Source of the DNA: Bugula neritina | Taxonomy: Eukaryota > Animalia > Bryozoa | Assembly: GCA_964035545.1 (NCBI GenBank) | Contig: OZ037767.1 | Location: forward strand, 10,674,581-10,738,580 | DNA: 64,000 nt | Reading direction: 5' to 3' | Shown: positions 49,396 to 63,279 of the stretch, piece by piece | How positions within the stretch are numbered: position 1 is the stretch's first letter | Layout of the letters: the number at the start of each line of letters is the position of its first letter | Notes under the pieces: generated by a model | What the model was told of the DNA's origin: nothing | Seen by the model: only the letters and a program-made list of their open reading frames with translations | The model's database searches: none | Program-made: the position numbers and the translations under genes

Positions 49396-52300
49396 TCACG
49401 TTGGAAGATCTTTAGGCACATGGTCTAAGGGTACAGGCATGTGACTGTGTTCAGAGCCATGCATCTCAGGCTGGTAGGTCAGTAACACTATCATCGTCCA
49501 CAGGTGAAGGAGTAACTACAAACACAGGTATTACAGGTAAACACAGGTGTTACATGTAAACACAGCATCACAAGGTACACCACCTGTACATTGTCATGTC
49601 AGTTATGTAATGTGATGGAGATGAATACAAAATAATAAGTTAAGTTGTAAATGTCTTTGGCTCAACCACCTTTGATCAGCTAGTAATTTATTACATGAAT
49701 ATTTTATTAGATTAGCTGATTGACTTTTAACAATCTTCCTTCTTAAGTTATAGAAATATATTATTCTATATTTTCCCAGTTTCATCTAGCATTTCAAAAT
49801 ATATATTCACCATCAAAATGGTATGAGTGAATCTGACAAGTATATAATAGTATCCAATAGTTTTATTTTAGTTAACCATCAATGCAGCTATTTCTACCCC
49901 AAGTCTAACATCTGTGTGTATATATAGTACAGTATATATAATAGCGTATGTAATACAGTATATATAATACAGCATATATAGCAGAGCATATATAATGTAG
50001 CATATATAACACAGCATATATAACAGAGTGTATATAATACATGATATATATTACAGTATATATAATAAAGCACATAATTTTATAATACGGCATATATAAT
50101 ACAGCATAATATATTGTACAGTATATAATATAGTACAGCATATATATAATATAGGATATATCTATAGTACAACATATATAAAATACAGTATATATAATAC
50201 AGAGTTATCTTACCATGTATATAATAACGAACACCCTGGCTATAGGATACCGTCTCAGAAACACACCAAGTCTAATGCTACAAAATTAAAGAAGTAGAAT
50301 CAAAGACCAGCAGTAATTGAAAAGTGACTGTCAAATAGTATAGTATTATCCCTCGTCATTCGGTCATTATATAACAGTGAAAAGTTGAAACTGTGTGTTT
50401 GGGCAGTAAACTATGTCAGTTATATTTTAAGAGCGTTATAAGATTATTTTACTGATTTCTTAGTGAAGCCAGTTTCATAGTATCTTTGAACACTGATGAT
50501 GACTTAGGTTTATACTGATACGTCGTGGAGAGATTTTTTTCTAAACATATTGCATCAGCTTTTAAAATACGAATGTTCCAATAGATTTAAAACGAATTAA
50601 AGCTTATAACTTAAAACTAAATCCAAGAGCATCTTACTAGTAATCAACCAATCCACAAGCACCTTACAAGTAATCAACCAATCCACGGGCAGGTTACACA
50701 TAGCTAAGACAGGTACCTGAATCGGTCTATCGTGTTTGCTGCTCGTTTGACCTTTCGGGCGAACTCTGGGTCTGTCGGAGATTCTTTGAGGAAGGAGGGA
50801 AGATTTGGTCGATGTCTCATTCCATCTTCCTCGCCCACGTACACCGTAGTGCTCTGTAATATGGCAATATGATAACAGCATAGTAACATGTAGTATATAT
50901 ATACCATCTAATATACACCGTAGTGCTCTGTAATATAACAATATAATAACAGTATAGGAAGATGTAATATATATAAAGATATACCATCCATTAACATTCA
51001 CTCTAAAAGATATCATCAGCGCACACCAGTAATACAGTATAATATAACACTGCAAAACAAAATGTATAATTTGCTGATATAGTATTCCATAAAAGAAACA
51101 TAAATGTGGGCAGCTGGAATACTTGATGACATATACACTCTGGGGAGACAACTCCTACTCATACAGTTGAATCTCATAAACAGAGTTTTGAAAGTAGAAG
51201 AATTTTATTTCAATTTTGCAATAACATATTCACTGTTGAGTTGCAAATTACTTTTCCTTTAGCATACAAATAGAGTACGCAACATAAAGTGATAGTATAT
51301 AATATACAATGTTAGTATACAGTGTTAGTATACACTATACAGTGTTAGTATACAATATACGGTGTTAGCATACAGTGTTAGTATACAGTGTTAGTATACA
51401 GTATACAGTGTTAGTATACAATATACAGTGATAGTATACAGTGTTAGTATACAGTACACAGTAATAGTATACACTATACAGTACACAGTGTTAGTATACA
51501 GTATACAGTGTTAGTATACAGTATACAGTGTTAGTATACAGCACACAGTGTTAGTATACAATATACAGTGTTAGTATACGACGTACTGCTGTGTTCTGAT
51601 GTTCTGTCCTCTCCAGCTGTTTGCACTGCTGCTCTGATCTCTCCAGCTGGAGTCTCAATGAGTTCTTCTCCGTGCTGAGAGACTCGACTAACGTCTGCTT
51701 CTCTATCAGATTCTCTGTGAGCTGATGAAGTCTCGTCTCTAGCTCACTCTCTGAGGCAGTGCTTAGCTTTTTAGACATGACCTGTATAGCATGTATAGTG
51801 TACAGTATAGCGTGTAGAGTATAGCATGTGTAGTATAGAGTATAGCATGTAGAGCATAGCATGTGTAGTGTATAGCATGTATAGTGTACAGTATAGCATG
51901 TAGAGTATAGCATGTGTAGTATAGAGTATAGCATGTGTAGTATAGAGTATAGCATGTGTAGTATAGAGTATAGCATGTGTAGTATAGAGTATAGCATGTG
52001 TAGTATAGAGTATAGCATGTATAGTATAGAGTATAGCACATGTAGTAGAGTATAGCATGTAGAGTATAGCATGTGTAGTGTATAGCATGTAGAGTATAGC
52101 ATGTGTAGTGTATAGCATGTATAGTGTACAGTATAGCGTGTAGAGTATAGCATGTGTAGTAGAGTATAGCATGTAGAGTATAGCATGTGTAGTGTATAGC
52201 ATGTATAGTGTACAGTATAGCATGTAGAGTATAGCATGTGTAGTATAGAGTATAGCATGTGTAGTATAGAGTATAGCATGTATAGTATAGAGTATAGCAT

Positions 52301-55300
52301 GTAGAGTATAGCATGTGTAGTAGTGTATAGCATGTACAGTATAGAGTATAGCATGTAGAGTATAGCATGTGTAGTAGAGTATAGCATGTACAGTATAGAG
52401 TATAGCATGTAGAGTATAGCATGTGTAGTGTAGAGTATAGCATGTAGAGTATAGCATGTAGAGTATAGCACGTGTATTATAGAGTATAGCATGTATTGAG
52501 ACAGCGCACCTGGTTACGCAGTTTGTCAACCTCCACATCTCTGTCAGTAATCTGCTGCTGTAAAGTTGTCTTCTGAAGTACAGCCTGTTCCTGTGTGTAC
52601 TTCATCTCCTCGTCTTTCTGACGTAACTCTGTTATACATTTATATTATATAGTATACAGTTATATTGTATAGTATACAGTTATATTATACAGTATACAGT
52701 TATATTATATAGTATACAGTTATATTGTATAGTATACAGTTATATTATACAGTATACAGTTATATTATATAGTATACAGTTATATTGTATAGTATACAGT
52801 TATATTATACAGTATACAGTTATATTATATAGTATACAGTTATATTGTATAGTATACAGTTATATTATACATTATACAGTTATATTATCCAGTATACAGT
52901 TATATTGTACACTATACAGTTATATTACACAGTTATATTGTACAGTATACAGTTATATTGTATAGCATATAGTTATATTATAGTGTATAAATTATATTAT
53001 GCATCAAACTATATGATTATATTGGTAGACTACACAATATACAAACATGCAATGTACAATTATATAACATAATATACATTCATACACTGTAGAAAACTAC
53101 ATACATTATGCAACGGCCTAAACAGTACAACATACCTACTAGTATTCCAATTTAAGTGTACGTGCAATGTACTTACTGTGTACACTTATACAACATTAAT
53201 CTGGTCTGAATTATCACACTCACACCCACTTACTTTATCTAAACCATCCTATGTGCATCACACTTACCTTTATACCATTGCACTTACACTCCCACACACT
53301 AGCACACTTACCTTGCTCTACACTCTTGTACTTTCCTTTCTCCAGACCACTGTACTTACACACCACACTTACACTACCACACTTACACTAACACACTTAC
53401 ACATCACACTTACACTAACACACTTACACATCACACTTACACTAGCACACTTACACATCACACTTACACTAGCACACTTACACTACCACACTTACACTAC
53501 TACACTTACACTAGTACACTTACACTAGCACACTTACACATCACACTTACACTAACACACTTACACTAGCACACTTACACTACCACACTTACACTCCCAC
53601 ACACTACCAACTTACCTTGCTCTAGCCCACTGTACCTAGACTGAGTCTGACTCAACTTGTCCTCCAGATTATCAATAGTCTGTCTGGACTCGTCGTGGTC
53701 GGCCTGCAGCTGAGTCTCCAGGTCCTGGGAACACAAACTACGTAGACTTAGTACCTTGTAGGACTACAGAGGTTACAGAGGCTGGGTGACATGGCAGCCG
53801 TAAAGATGAACTAAATCAGAGGTGTTGGTGGAGGCTGCCAAGTTGATGTGGAAATTGCACAGAGAAGAAATAAAATCCATCAACAGCCTCCTAATTGTAA
53901 GTTCATAGACAACACTCCAGATGCTACGCATTCTATTGTAAAACATTTCTACCCCTTCTAAAACAATCTCATTATAAGCAGCCATTCATTCATATTACAT
54001 AGGCAGACTTGAAGGCTTAGAGCCATGAAAATAAAGTAAAAAGAACTCAACAGGGTTACACACGATACATCACAGCTATATATACTATAAAAACTCGCAT
54101 AAGTTTATAGTCTTGAGAGAAACCCTGATGAAAGGGGTTTTCGTTAAATCAGGCTCAGGACTTATTTATATGTGGCACAGGACAATTACTAGGCCAGCAT
54201 TTTAACCCCTACCCCTGCTCCCTACAGCTACACATCCTATAATATCCCTTCATTCCCGCAACACAAGTAGCTATTATACGTATATATTAGCAACCGTGTA
54301 CTATGATTGGTCGAATTACCTGCACTTCCATGCGTAAAGATTCTACAAGGGCAGACGATTGCTGGAGTTCCTGTCGCAACATTATCTTTTCTTGTTCCAT
54401 CTCTGCATTGATGTCTGAACTCAACTCTCCATCTACACCTTCTACTCCACATTCTTTCATAGAAGAGATCAATTTGTCTTTAGACTACAGCATATATAAC
54501 AAACACTCTGTGACCTGCAACATGACTGATGACGCAACTACACAATATATGAAATAGTATAAATACACTATTACATATAACACATGCATAATGATATTAC
54601 ATGTAATAGCATCATGAAATTGCTTATCATAATACTCTAAACAGTCTAACTACGATATACCGCATGTAGTTCAACTATGATAATATCGTATGATATGATA
54701 ACATTGTATGATACGATAATATGTGATACAATAACATCGTATGATATGATAATATTACCTGTAAAATACGAGCTGCCTTCTCTTTGTAGTCACTTAGCTC
54801 TTGCTTTGCTGACTCCATGTTTATTCTGGAATGTTTTAGTTGCTGTGAAAGTGTCTCAGTGCGATCTGGAACATGGTAAATAATGATTAACACTATAGTA
54901 TGTAGTGAACATGGTAAATACTGACTGATACTATAATCTAGTGTGTAGTGAACCACATGGTAAAGAGAATCTTAAGAGGTTAAGCTAGGAGATCAAGTTA
55001 AGAGATCGAGCTGAAAGATCAGACTAAGAGGTCAGGTTAAAAGGTCAGACTAAGAGGTCAGGCTAAGAGATTAGGAAAGTGACTCACGTTTCTCATCACT
55101 CAGCTTCTTCTGCAGCTGAACCACAGTCTCTGAGAGAGCTTGCTGGTCAACTTCAAGTCTAGACTGCCTCTCTGAATACTCTCTCTGTTTAATCAAAATA
55201 GTATTTCATCATCACACAGCCTTACAACAGCAACATTGCGTCACAAATTAACAACTCTATTCACATATTTCTCTAGCAACAAGAGAAAGCTGCATGACAA

Positions 55301-56058
55301 TAAAACAAACCTTCATGGAATATTTCAACAAGAAGCACCAGACCAGGAAGTATTAAACAAATGTAAAACATAAGGGTGAGCAACTTAATTCAATAGAATT
55401 CCATTCCTGTATATCGATGAAAATTCAGAAGTGTTGAGCTCTTATTTTGCGCTGCAATGTGAACGAGGCATGAGACTTGTGAGTCTGTCAGTCAGTGTCA
55501 GTCAGTTGGTGTCAGTCAGTCAGTGTCAGTCAGTGTCAGTCAGTTAGTGTCAGTCAGTTGGTGTCAGTCAGTTGGTGTCAGCCAGTTGGTGTCAGTCAGT
55601 CAGTGTCAGTCAGTGTCAGTCCGTATAAGGGGTGAATATGAACTCAGTTCAAATACTCACCTGAGATTTCTGTGCATTCTCTTGATCCAACTTCAACTTG
55701 CTTTCAGCCTCCGCTAGTTTCATCTGTAAGAAAACAACTCTTTAAATAATCCACAACTGATAGCCTATACAGTACATTTTGGTGGTGGTAGTAATAGTAG
55801 CAGTAGTAGTAGCAGCAGTAGCAGCAGCAGTAGTAGTAGCAGTAGTAGTAGTAGCAGCAGTAGCAGCAATAGTAGTAGTAGTAGCAGCAGTAGCAGCAGT
55901 AGTAGCAGCAGTGGTAGTAGCAGTAGTAGTAGCAGTAGTAGTAGTAGTAGTAGCAATAGTAGCAGCAGTGGTAGTAGCAGTAGTAGTAGCAGCAGCAGTA
56001 GCAGCAATAGTAGTAGTAGTAGCAGCAACAGTAGTAGTAATAGTAGTAGTAGTAGTAA

Positions 56059-56090
<32 letters not shown>

Positions 56091-58879
56091 ATAGTAGTAG
56101 TAGTAGTAGTAGTAGTAGCAGAGTTTGAGTGTAAGGTTTGTTTTCTATACTGTATAATATTGAGCATATCAATTTCATTGCCAGTTATATATCTCTCTAC
56201 AGAAAAGGAATGAAAGTGACTACAGTCAACTGGTGGAGCTCGTTAGTGACACGAAATATCACCTTTAAAGAATCCAGAGCCTGGCTGTGGAGGCCGCTGG
56301 AGTCAGAATGATCTCTAAGTATTCTTTCTCTATCTTGCTCAAGTTCGTCCAATCTAGAGGACTTTGATTTAACCTCACCCTCTAATTCCTCCAACCTTAC
56401 TCTTAATATCGCCACCTGAAATTGAGGTAGGTGCAGTAATGAAGAAATTGAGAAAAGCTTGTGTTCTAAATTAGAAATGTAGCGCAAGAAGTTATGTTCT
56501 CGCGAGAATTGCAACTCGCACCCCAAACCAAAATTTGATAATAAAATTAAAGAATATGGGCTATTTCAATTTCTCCACTACTGCTCCTAAATGCTGGAAT
56601 TGAGATGCTTACAGTAATAGTCATGTAAGACAAGGGGTGCAAGGCTATTACTAAAATCAACATGATTACAATAACATTGCCATTAGTATTCAATACTGGT
56701 TACACTGTAACTCTATAATTGACACGGGGGGGGGGGGGGGGGGGGGGGATAAACACACCTGGCTATTTTTAGCATTCAGCTCTTCCACCTGATCTGTTTC
56801 CCTGTCTCTCAACTCTCTCAGCATCTGCTCCAGTTTACTGATTTGTCGGTCTTGGGAATCGCTTTTAGTTTTGAACACCGATAACTCTATAGAGTAACCA
56901 GAACAGTTCTAATACAAATACAGCAGTAGTTACAGTTGTAGTTAGTAACAGTGGGAGTTAGTTAAGGTATTAGTTATTTATAGCGATATTTAGTGACATT
57001 TGCAGTTAGTAACAGTGGTAGGAGTTACAGTTAGGACTCCATTCGAACTACAAGTGCAATAGTCACTAAGTCATAATTACATATAAATCTATATTCAAAT
57101 TGAACAACATTGGATCTATAGCCGGGGATTATATCAGTAACTAAACATCACAATACCAAAGGCATAAACAAATTGGAACTGCTTCAAGACATCTAAATAT
57201 AATATAGAGACAATAAATTCTAGGCACACAACTTTTACATCTCTGACAGAACCTATTCAGTCCCAGATTACATTTTAAAAGTAAACAAATACAGGTGTTG
57301 AACCACCAGGCAGTCTTACCACTCTCGGCTTGTCGTGCTCGCTGTAGAAGTGAAGTAACTTCACTGTTGAGAGACTGAATCTCACTCTTAAGTAAGCCGT
57401 TCTCGAGCTCCAGTGACTTAACGTCGGCATCGACAGCAGCAGCGTCTGAAGGCAGTCCCATGCTGTGGGTGCTCATCGCAGACGCGGTCATCTCTCCAGA
57501 GACGGTCATTGTGGGAGGATTCTCAATCAGTTCGTATTCGCTGGGGCACGCTGATGACCCAGAATTCCGATCTGTCGGGCTATGATTAGCATCATCTGTG
57601 TGACAGATATACAACTGAGTATAACATTTAATAAGCAGAGAACTGAGACAAAGAATGTTCACCTTCAATTGAATCAAATTAATAGCCATTCAACAAACTA
57701 TACAATATAACCTTACTTTATTTAGTTCATACTAGCAAATTAAGACAAACAAATAAAATTGGATTAAAAATTAATAAGATTTTGCTATTTGGGGTGTTCT
57801 CATTTGCTGATTCCAAACATGTGTAAGAAAAGTTCGGCAAAATTAAACCCTTTATTTGTGACAAAATAAATGCACTTACGTAACAAGACCAGCTATATGT
57901 GAATACTACTTGGCTTATGTTACGACTATCAGATGAACACATTGGAATAGGTTGTATTCATTTAAAAGATTAGAAGCTGCACTATTTGCAGATTAAAAAG
58001 TTTAATTCCATAAAAGTATATAGAAGAGAGTTTTTCAATAATTAAACACAGTTCATTAAAAGTGATGCAAAAATCATCACATGACTGGTGTTTCTTGACT
58101 AATAATTTAAAAAAACAAACAAACAGAACATATAACAAAATTTGAAAGATTCTTGATTATGTGGATTCATTTACCAATACTTCATTAGTTAAGAGCAAAA
58201 ACATATATATTAGGAGCTAGATTTTCATGAATCAGGCAAAATTGATTTTAATAAGTGTGTATGTACTAAATAAAGTGGAGTGACCCAAAATGCTTTCAAA
58301 ATACCACCGTGAAGCACATACAGTTCACTTGTCATTTAGCAACAATGATTTCATGCAGCAAAGCAGCATCTAATGTGTTTAGTGGTTTAGGTAATGATAG
58401 CCTATGTACCTGCAGGAGTATGTGGTCGGGCTGTGAACTGAAGCCCGCTGTCTGTAGTCCTGGCAGAGCCAGTGCTGGACTGTCTGGAGTGTACAAGCTT
58501 CTTCTTAACTTCCTTAGTTGGTTCACTGTTCAGGAAGTCAAACAACTCATCGTCCAAAGTTTTCTTGCTGGGCTTCTTACCAATAGAGGAAGGTTTGGTC
58601 TGAACAGTGATAGGAGGAGTAGGAGTTCTAGAATATTCCAAGACATTCCGCATTTAATACGCACACTTCCTGTGGTCTGGTGTAAACATGGCAGAGTAGA
58701 AAAAATTACCTGGCAGGGTCAGGGGGTGATACAGTGAGGGGAGACTTCTTATTCCCGGAGACTGGGGAGGCAGACCCTTCCTCAGATATGGTTGAGATGT
58801 TGAGGGAAGCGTTGGCTGTCTGGTCTACTTTGTTCAACAATTCTTCTGCTTTCCCGGCAAGTCCAGTAAGCCATGACAT
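49396..58879 (-). CDS. GOLGA5: Golgin-84 (golgin subfamily A member 5), about 15 coding exons; non-coding first-exon donor at about 60180
   Basis: N-terminus MSWLTGLAGKAEELLNKVDQTA; LDDELFDFLNS; ELETRLHQLTENLIEKQTLVESLSTEKNSLRLQLER; C-terminal IRLGVFLRRYPIARVFVIIYMLLLHLWTMIVLLTYQPEMH TM anchor. Confidence 0.95.
49915..50205. repeat. Degenerate minisatellite (ATACAGCATATATA-like) in a GOLGA5 intron
   Basis: About 14-bp degenerate units abutting the donor at about 50213. Confidence 0.9.
51295..51580. repeat. Minisatellite (GTGTTAGTATACAGTATACA-like) in a GOLGA5 intron
   Basis: Direct tandem units abutting the donor at 51586. Confidence 0.95.
51783..52497. repeat. Minisatellite (AGAGTATAGCATGT-like) filling almost an entire GOLGA5 intron
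   Basis: 14/21-bp units; source of the spurious long ORFs 51551-52538. Confidence 0.97.
52640..52990. repeat. 20-bp minisatellite in a GOLGA5 intron
   Basis: TATATTATATAGTATACAGT units. Confidence 0.95.
53200..53612. repeat. CACTTACACTA-type minisatellite in a GOLGA5 intron
   Basis: Degenerate ACACTTACACTAGC units. Confidence 0.9.
54091..54200 (-). mobile_element. 3' fragment of the same SINE family
   Basis: AACTCGCATAAGTTTATAG..GTTAAATCAGGCTCAGGACTTATT..GCACAGGACAATTA resembles 36312-36420. Confidence 0.55.
55484..55620. repeat. (GTCA/GTGTCA) repeat
   Basis: Tandem GTCAGTCAGTTGGTGTCA-like units. Confidence 0.9.
55781..56120. repeat. (AGT/AGC)n trinucleotide repeat in a GOLGA5 intron
   Basis: Source of the poly-T/L/V ORFs. 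Confidence 0.97.
56430..56587. mobile_element. About 160-bp TA-flanked MITE (Tc1/mariner-like)
   Basis: ta-GGTGCAGTAATGAAGAAATTGAGA...TTCAATTTCTCCACTACTGCTCC-ta: imperfect TIRs with TA flanks; multicopy in the window. Confidence 0.8.
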
Positions 58880-59039
58880 TCTGAGGGCAACTACTGCTTA
58901 GAAAACAACATGAAGGGTCAAGGTGGGGTCTAACAAACAAGTAACAATGGCATGTTTCTGTATTAAACTTAAAAAGTACTGAAAAGTCTAGAATTTTTAT
59001 TACACATTGAGAAGCAGTTGTCTTGAAGTGAGACAATTG

Positions 59040-59900
59040 TATTGCTATCAGTATTACTGTATAATAAATATTATTACTTATATCTATCCGCTAGTTATTA
59101 CAAATATTATTAGTATTAGTAAGACTATAATTATTAGATTTATTATTAGTATTAGATTAGTATTACTAGTACAGTAGTACTAGTGGTAGCCTACTACTAC
59201 TAACATTAGATTTAGTATAAGTATAACTATTAGTATTACTATAGTCTATAAGTATAAAACATAAGAGTTAAGACTAAGAGTAAGTACAACAACTACAGAC
59301 AATGATAGTGACTACATCTACAGGACTACATCACAGGCACTACCAGTTTTAATTTCAACTTGAAGTTCAACTTCAAGTTAAAGTAGTGAGATACTAGTAT
59401 ACTCATATTGCTACAGTATGACTATGAGTATGAGCCATGAGGATGAAGTAGTAGTACTGCTACTACTAGTAGTATTAGTAGTACTATTAGTAGACATACT
59501 CAGACTAATACTATTAGTAATACCCATAGTGATAGTAGTAACACATACTCACATAGTTACAGTATAAGGTCTAGTAGTAGTAGTAGTACTAATAATAATA
59601 CTAATACTAATAGTGCTAGTAGTAATAGTGGTGGTGGTGGTAGTGGTAGTAGTAATAGTAGTAGTAGTAGTAGTAGCAGTAGTAGTAGTAGTGCTACTAG
59701 TAGTACTACTAGTACTAGTACTAGTAGTAGTACTACTGACTACTAGTACTGCTAGTAATAGCCGTTTCAGTCTGAGTTTCACTTTCAAGATGAAGATGAG
59801 CAAAGCCAAATGAATAATGATTATCAGTCAGCATTATTATCATTATGATTATCATTATGATTATGATAATAGTAATTTAATAGACACTTAAACATACTCA
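59040..59900. repeat. 3/6-bp periodic tract including (AGT)n in the GOLGA5 5'-UTR intron
   Basis: ATTAGT/ATTACT/ACTAGT/AGTAGT phased sequence. Confidence 0.85.
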
Positions 59901-61120
59901 TAGAAGCAATAAATATAATAGTATCTGTAATTGCATTAACTATTGTAGATACTAATTTATTAAATCAATTATGAAACAATAATTTGGGAATAATAATGAG
60001 CAACTCTCATTATTAAAATTTTATTTATATTCAGGATTGTGATTGTACCATTAGCATTACTATTAGATTTAGTATTTATTATTTAGTAAAGACGCAAATT
60101 ACAGATGTAATAGTGTCAGACGTGGAGTATTATTAATGACAGGTATCTATACACTCAAATTAAACACAGATATAAATTACCTGCAGTTTTGAGTCGAGCA
60201 GAACAAATTTATTGCAGTTGTAGAGTTGCTCTCCCCACTTAACAGCTCCAAGCTCGTATGCCTATTGTATCAAAATTGGCATCTAAAATCGTCAAGCAAT
60301 GCTTACTCTTATTAAACTCAAATCTGCAGTTGATGCTTGTCATGTGTGGTCACTGTGTGTTACACAAGGTTAATGCTCCAGTTACAACTCACAAGCATAC
60401 ATTACCGTGTAAGTTACAACATGAAGCTAGAGCTCTAGTCACATTTGCATATTAATCCCAAAGCAAGAGCGTTCATCAAGAGAAAGTAACTCCGTAGTCA
60501 TCATAAAACATAAAAGTCCTATTAGGCGCCCCAAGATGTGCTTATGATCATAGACCATTTAAAATCAATGTCATAAGACTTTCAATTGAACTATAAAGTT
60601 TTGTACTACGCAAAGGTTTCGGGATGTGTGACAAAATCACATAGGTCAAAAAATAATAACACTAGTAGTAGTAGAGCTGCATAGTTTTGCTGTAAACATT
60701 TTATTATAATAAATGGTACTATGAAAATATGACATTTTAGATATTTTTTACTACTAAAATTGCAAATAGAAAAAGTTCAATCCATGCATATGAAATACAA
60801 TAATAGATAAAAAAACTTTTTACATTTCATATAAGCGTTGATTGAACTTTTGCGTTGTGGCTTCATAAGCTTAATGTTACATGAACACATAAATACCATA
60901 TAACAATAATAATTTAATAAATAGAAAATGTAAACCAGTATATATGTACATGAAAAGTGTGTGTACTACTGTGTTCATATATACAGAGTCAATCAGGTTG
61001 TGATGGCCTAATTGGTGTAACTGTCAACAATTCTGCAGGCATGTCTGCAGATATACTATCTACAATATAACTTCATCTGCGGTAGAGTTTCCAGGGCAGA
61101 TGGAAGAAAGTATAGACAGA

Positions 61121-63279
61121 TCACTGTACGGTATGACTATCAAGTTTCTCAGGGTCTGTATGCTTACTGGTAAGAATGTATATCAGATACCTACAACATG
61201 CAGTTGAACACTATACACAGCTGGGGGGAGGGGGTCACACAAGGTCGAAGCTCAAGTTATAACATAATTCAAGTAATGCAAACAGTGGTGAGAATGAAGA
61301 CTCAGTGTATTCAGGATAATGTATTTACTAATTACTTTTAGTTTATAAAGTTAACTCAAAGGTCTGCAAAATGATATTTTGAAAATGGGTTATTTCTAAA
61401 GTAAAAAAAATAATTCAACTATTGCAATATATATTATATACATTCAAAAAAATTTAAAGACCAATTTCTTGAGCCCGGTAATTTAAAAAAGGCAAAGGAT
61501 TATTGATATACAACATAAAAATTATGTAACTAAAAGTGGCATGATTAATTTTTAAACTTGACTAATAACAAAAAATACAAAAACTTCCAGTTTATCTAAT
61601 AGCTTATCTAGCTGAAGAGGTCTTGGTGTGTGAATTATACGTTAGCTGAGAGAATCAGAGTGGCTATGACTTACGGGGCTGGTACAAGAAGCAGCAGGCA
61701 GCCGGCCATGATGGAGTGTTGTGAAATGTCCATCATAGATATAACTAGAGAGAAGATCCCGTAACCATGGAGAAAGAAGCAGAGCAGAAGTATACAGAAG
61801 CTTCTGGCATTGCAGAGACTTTGTGAGAACAGAGCAGAGATATTCTACAAGATAACAGAAACTTATACGGAAATACAAAAGAAAATAGCAATTTACATTG
61901 CTATTGTAACATTATTGAATTAGATTTTTTAATCAGCAACACATTTTGTAAATTGGAGTTGCTTTCTCTTTTCTTGTTGTCGCAGAAGGAGCACAACTCT
62001 TTTATATAATAGTGTGAAGAGGCCATGTTTCTTTATTTTTAGTTTTAAAATGTGTCAACTTGTAAATAATTGTTTGTCTGAAATAGGCAATACCTGAAAT
62101 CAAGCTACAAAGCTAACTAGGTACAATGAAATTGTAAATAAAATAAATAAATTAAAAGAAACTTGAAAAAGACAAGAACCATTTTCATTAATTGACAGGG
62201 CGCGTGGTAAATACTGTTGATTAGAATTTTAGCAGACGATAGTGATGCGTTTCATGCTTACGGACAACTAAGGGTGGTTACCTAGTCAGCCTGTAACAGT
62301 GCACTAGACATGAGGCTATACTTGTAAATGGCCTACCTGATCCTGAAAGTGAGAGAGATGAACTGTTAGAGATACGACAGAGAGAATGAGAGCCAGGTAT
62401 GGGAAGGAATAATCTAGAAAATAGAGAGATTAACGATTACAACAGAAGCTAGAGAAATAAAAAACAGAGTATGTGTCACAGCTCTTTCCTGATAGAGGCC
62501 TCCACTTGAAATTTAAATATAGACACAATTTCTGACAAATTGCTAGCAGAGTTCTATAACAGATTATCTTTATAATTAGTGTATGACTGTCACAAGAAGA
62601 TCAGATAACTTATTTATAGTCTGAAACCACTTGCAGTATCCACTGCTAGAAATAAACATTAAGATTACTGTCAATTAGCACCAGTCAAAGTTGGCAATAT
62701 CAGGAAATAAGTAAATTACACTTGAAGATGTCATGCTTTGGGCATGCTGGAGGTAATGAGGCAGTACTAATGGAGAATTGTTAGCTGTACAAACTCTTGA
62801 TATTCCAGATTTAAAATCATTCTCTCTTGGTATTGCGTGGAGCTGCAATAGTTGATATTGTTTGACCATAAAACTACAGTGTTGGTTACATATTGTAGCC
62901 ATACCAAAAGGTTTATTTAGAACTTAGGCTATGGGGAAAAGTATTGTGAGTTGGTTTCAGCACCAAAAATATTAATTATTACTCAAAATAATCATTTTAC
63001 CATTTTTCTCCATTGTTTAAAACTGTCGTTATTGTAATGTATTATAATGATATGCACATAAACAAGCTTGCACTGTTATAGGGAGGATATTAACACTCAC
63101 ATATTACTCCTCCTGCAACAGTCTGTAACAAGACAAGCAGAGGCAAGAAGTACAGAGCCCCATAAATAGGGGAAGCACTGTCCACGCCCCGCTGAGTGAA
63201 CCGTTTGTTAGAGAATATAGGTCTAAAGATGATCATGGCAGGGATTTGTAGACTGAAATAGATCATTACACTTGTATAC
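61121..63279 (-). CDS. JKAMP: JNK1/MAPK8-associated membrane protein, 3' part (exons about 63279-63101, 62414-62336, 61843-61674, 61190-61121); 5' exons not identified in this window
   Basis: YTSVMIYFSLQIPAMIIFRP..IYGALYFLPLLVLLQTVAGGVIYYSFPYLALILSVVS..FLHGYGIFSL..LLVPAPYLIYILTSKHTDP matches the JKAMP C-terminal half. Confidence 0.9.

Noticed and set aside
51551-52538. Long ORFs of 313, 226 and 255 aa
   Set aside because: Translations of an intronic minisatellite; only about 51781-51587 is a real GOLGA5 exon.
55742-56213. Poly-Thr, poly-Leu and poly-Val ORFs (also 59549-59813)
   Set aside because: Trinucleotide repeats inside GOLGA5 introns.
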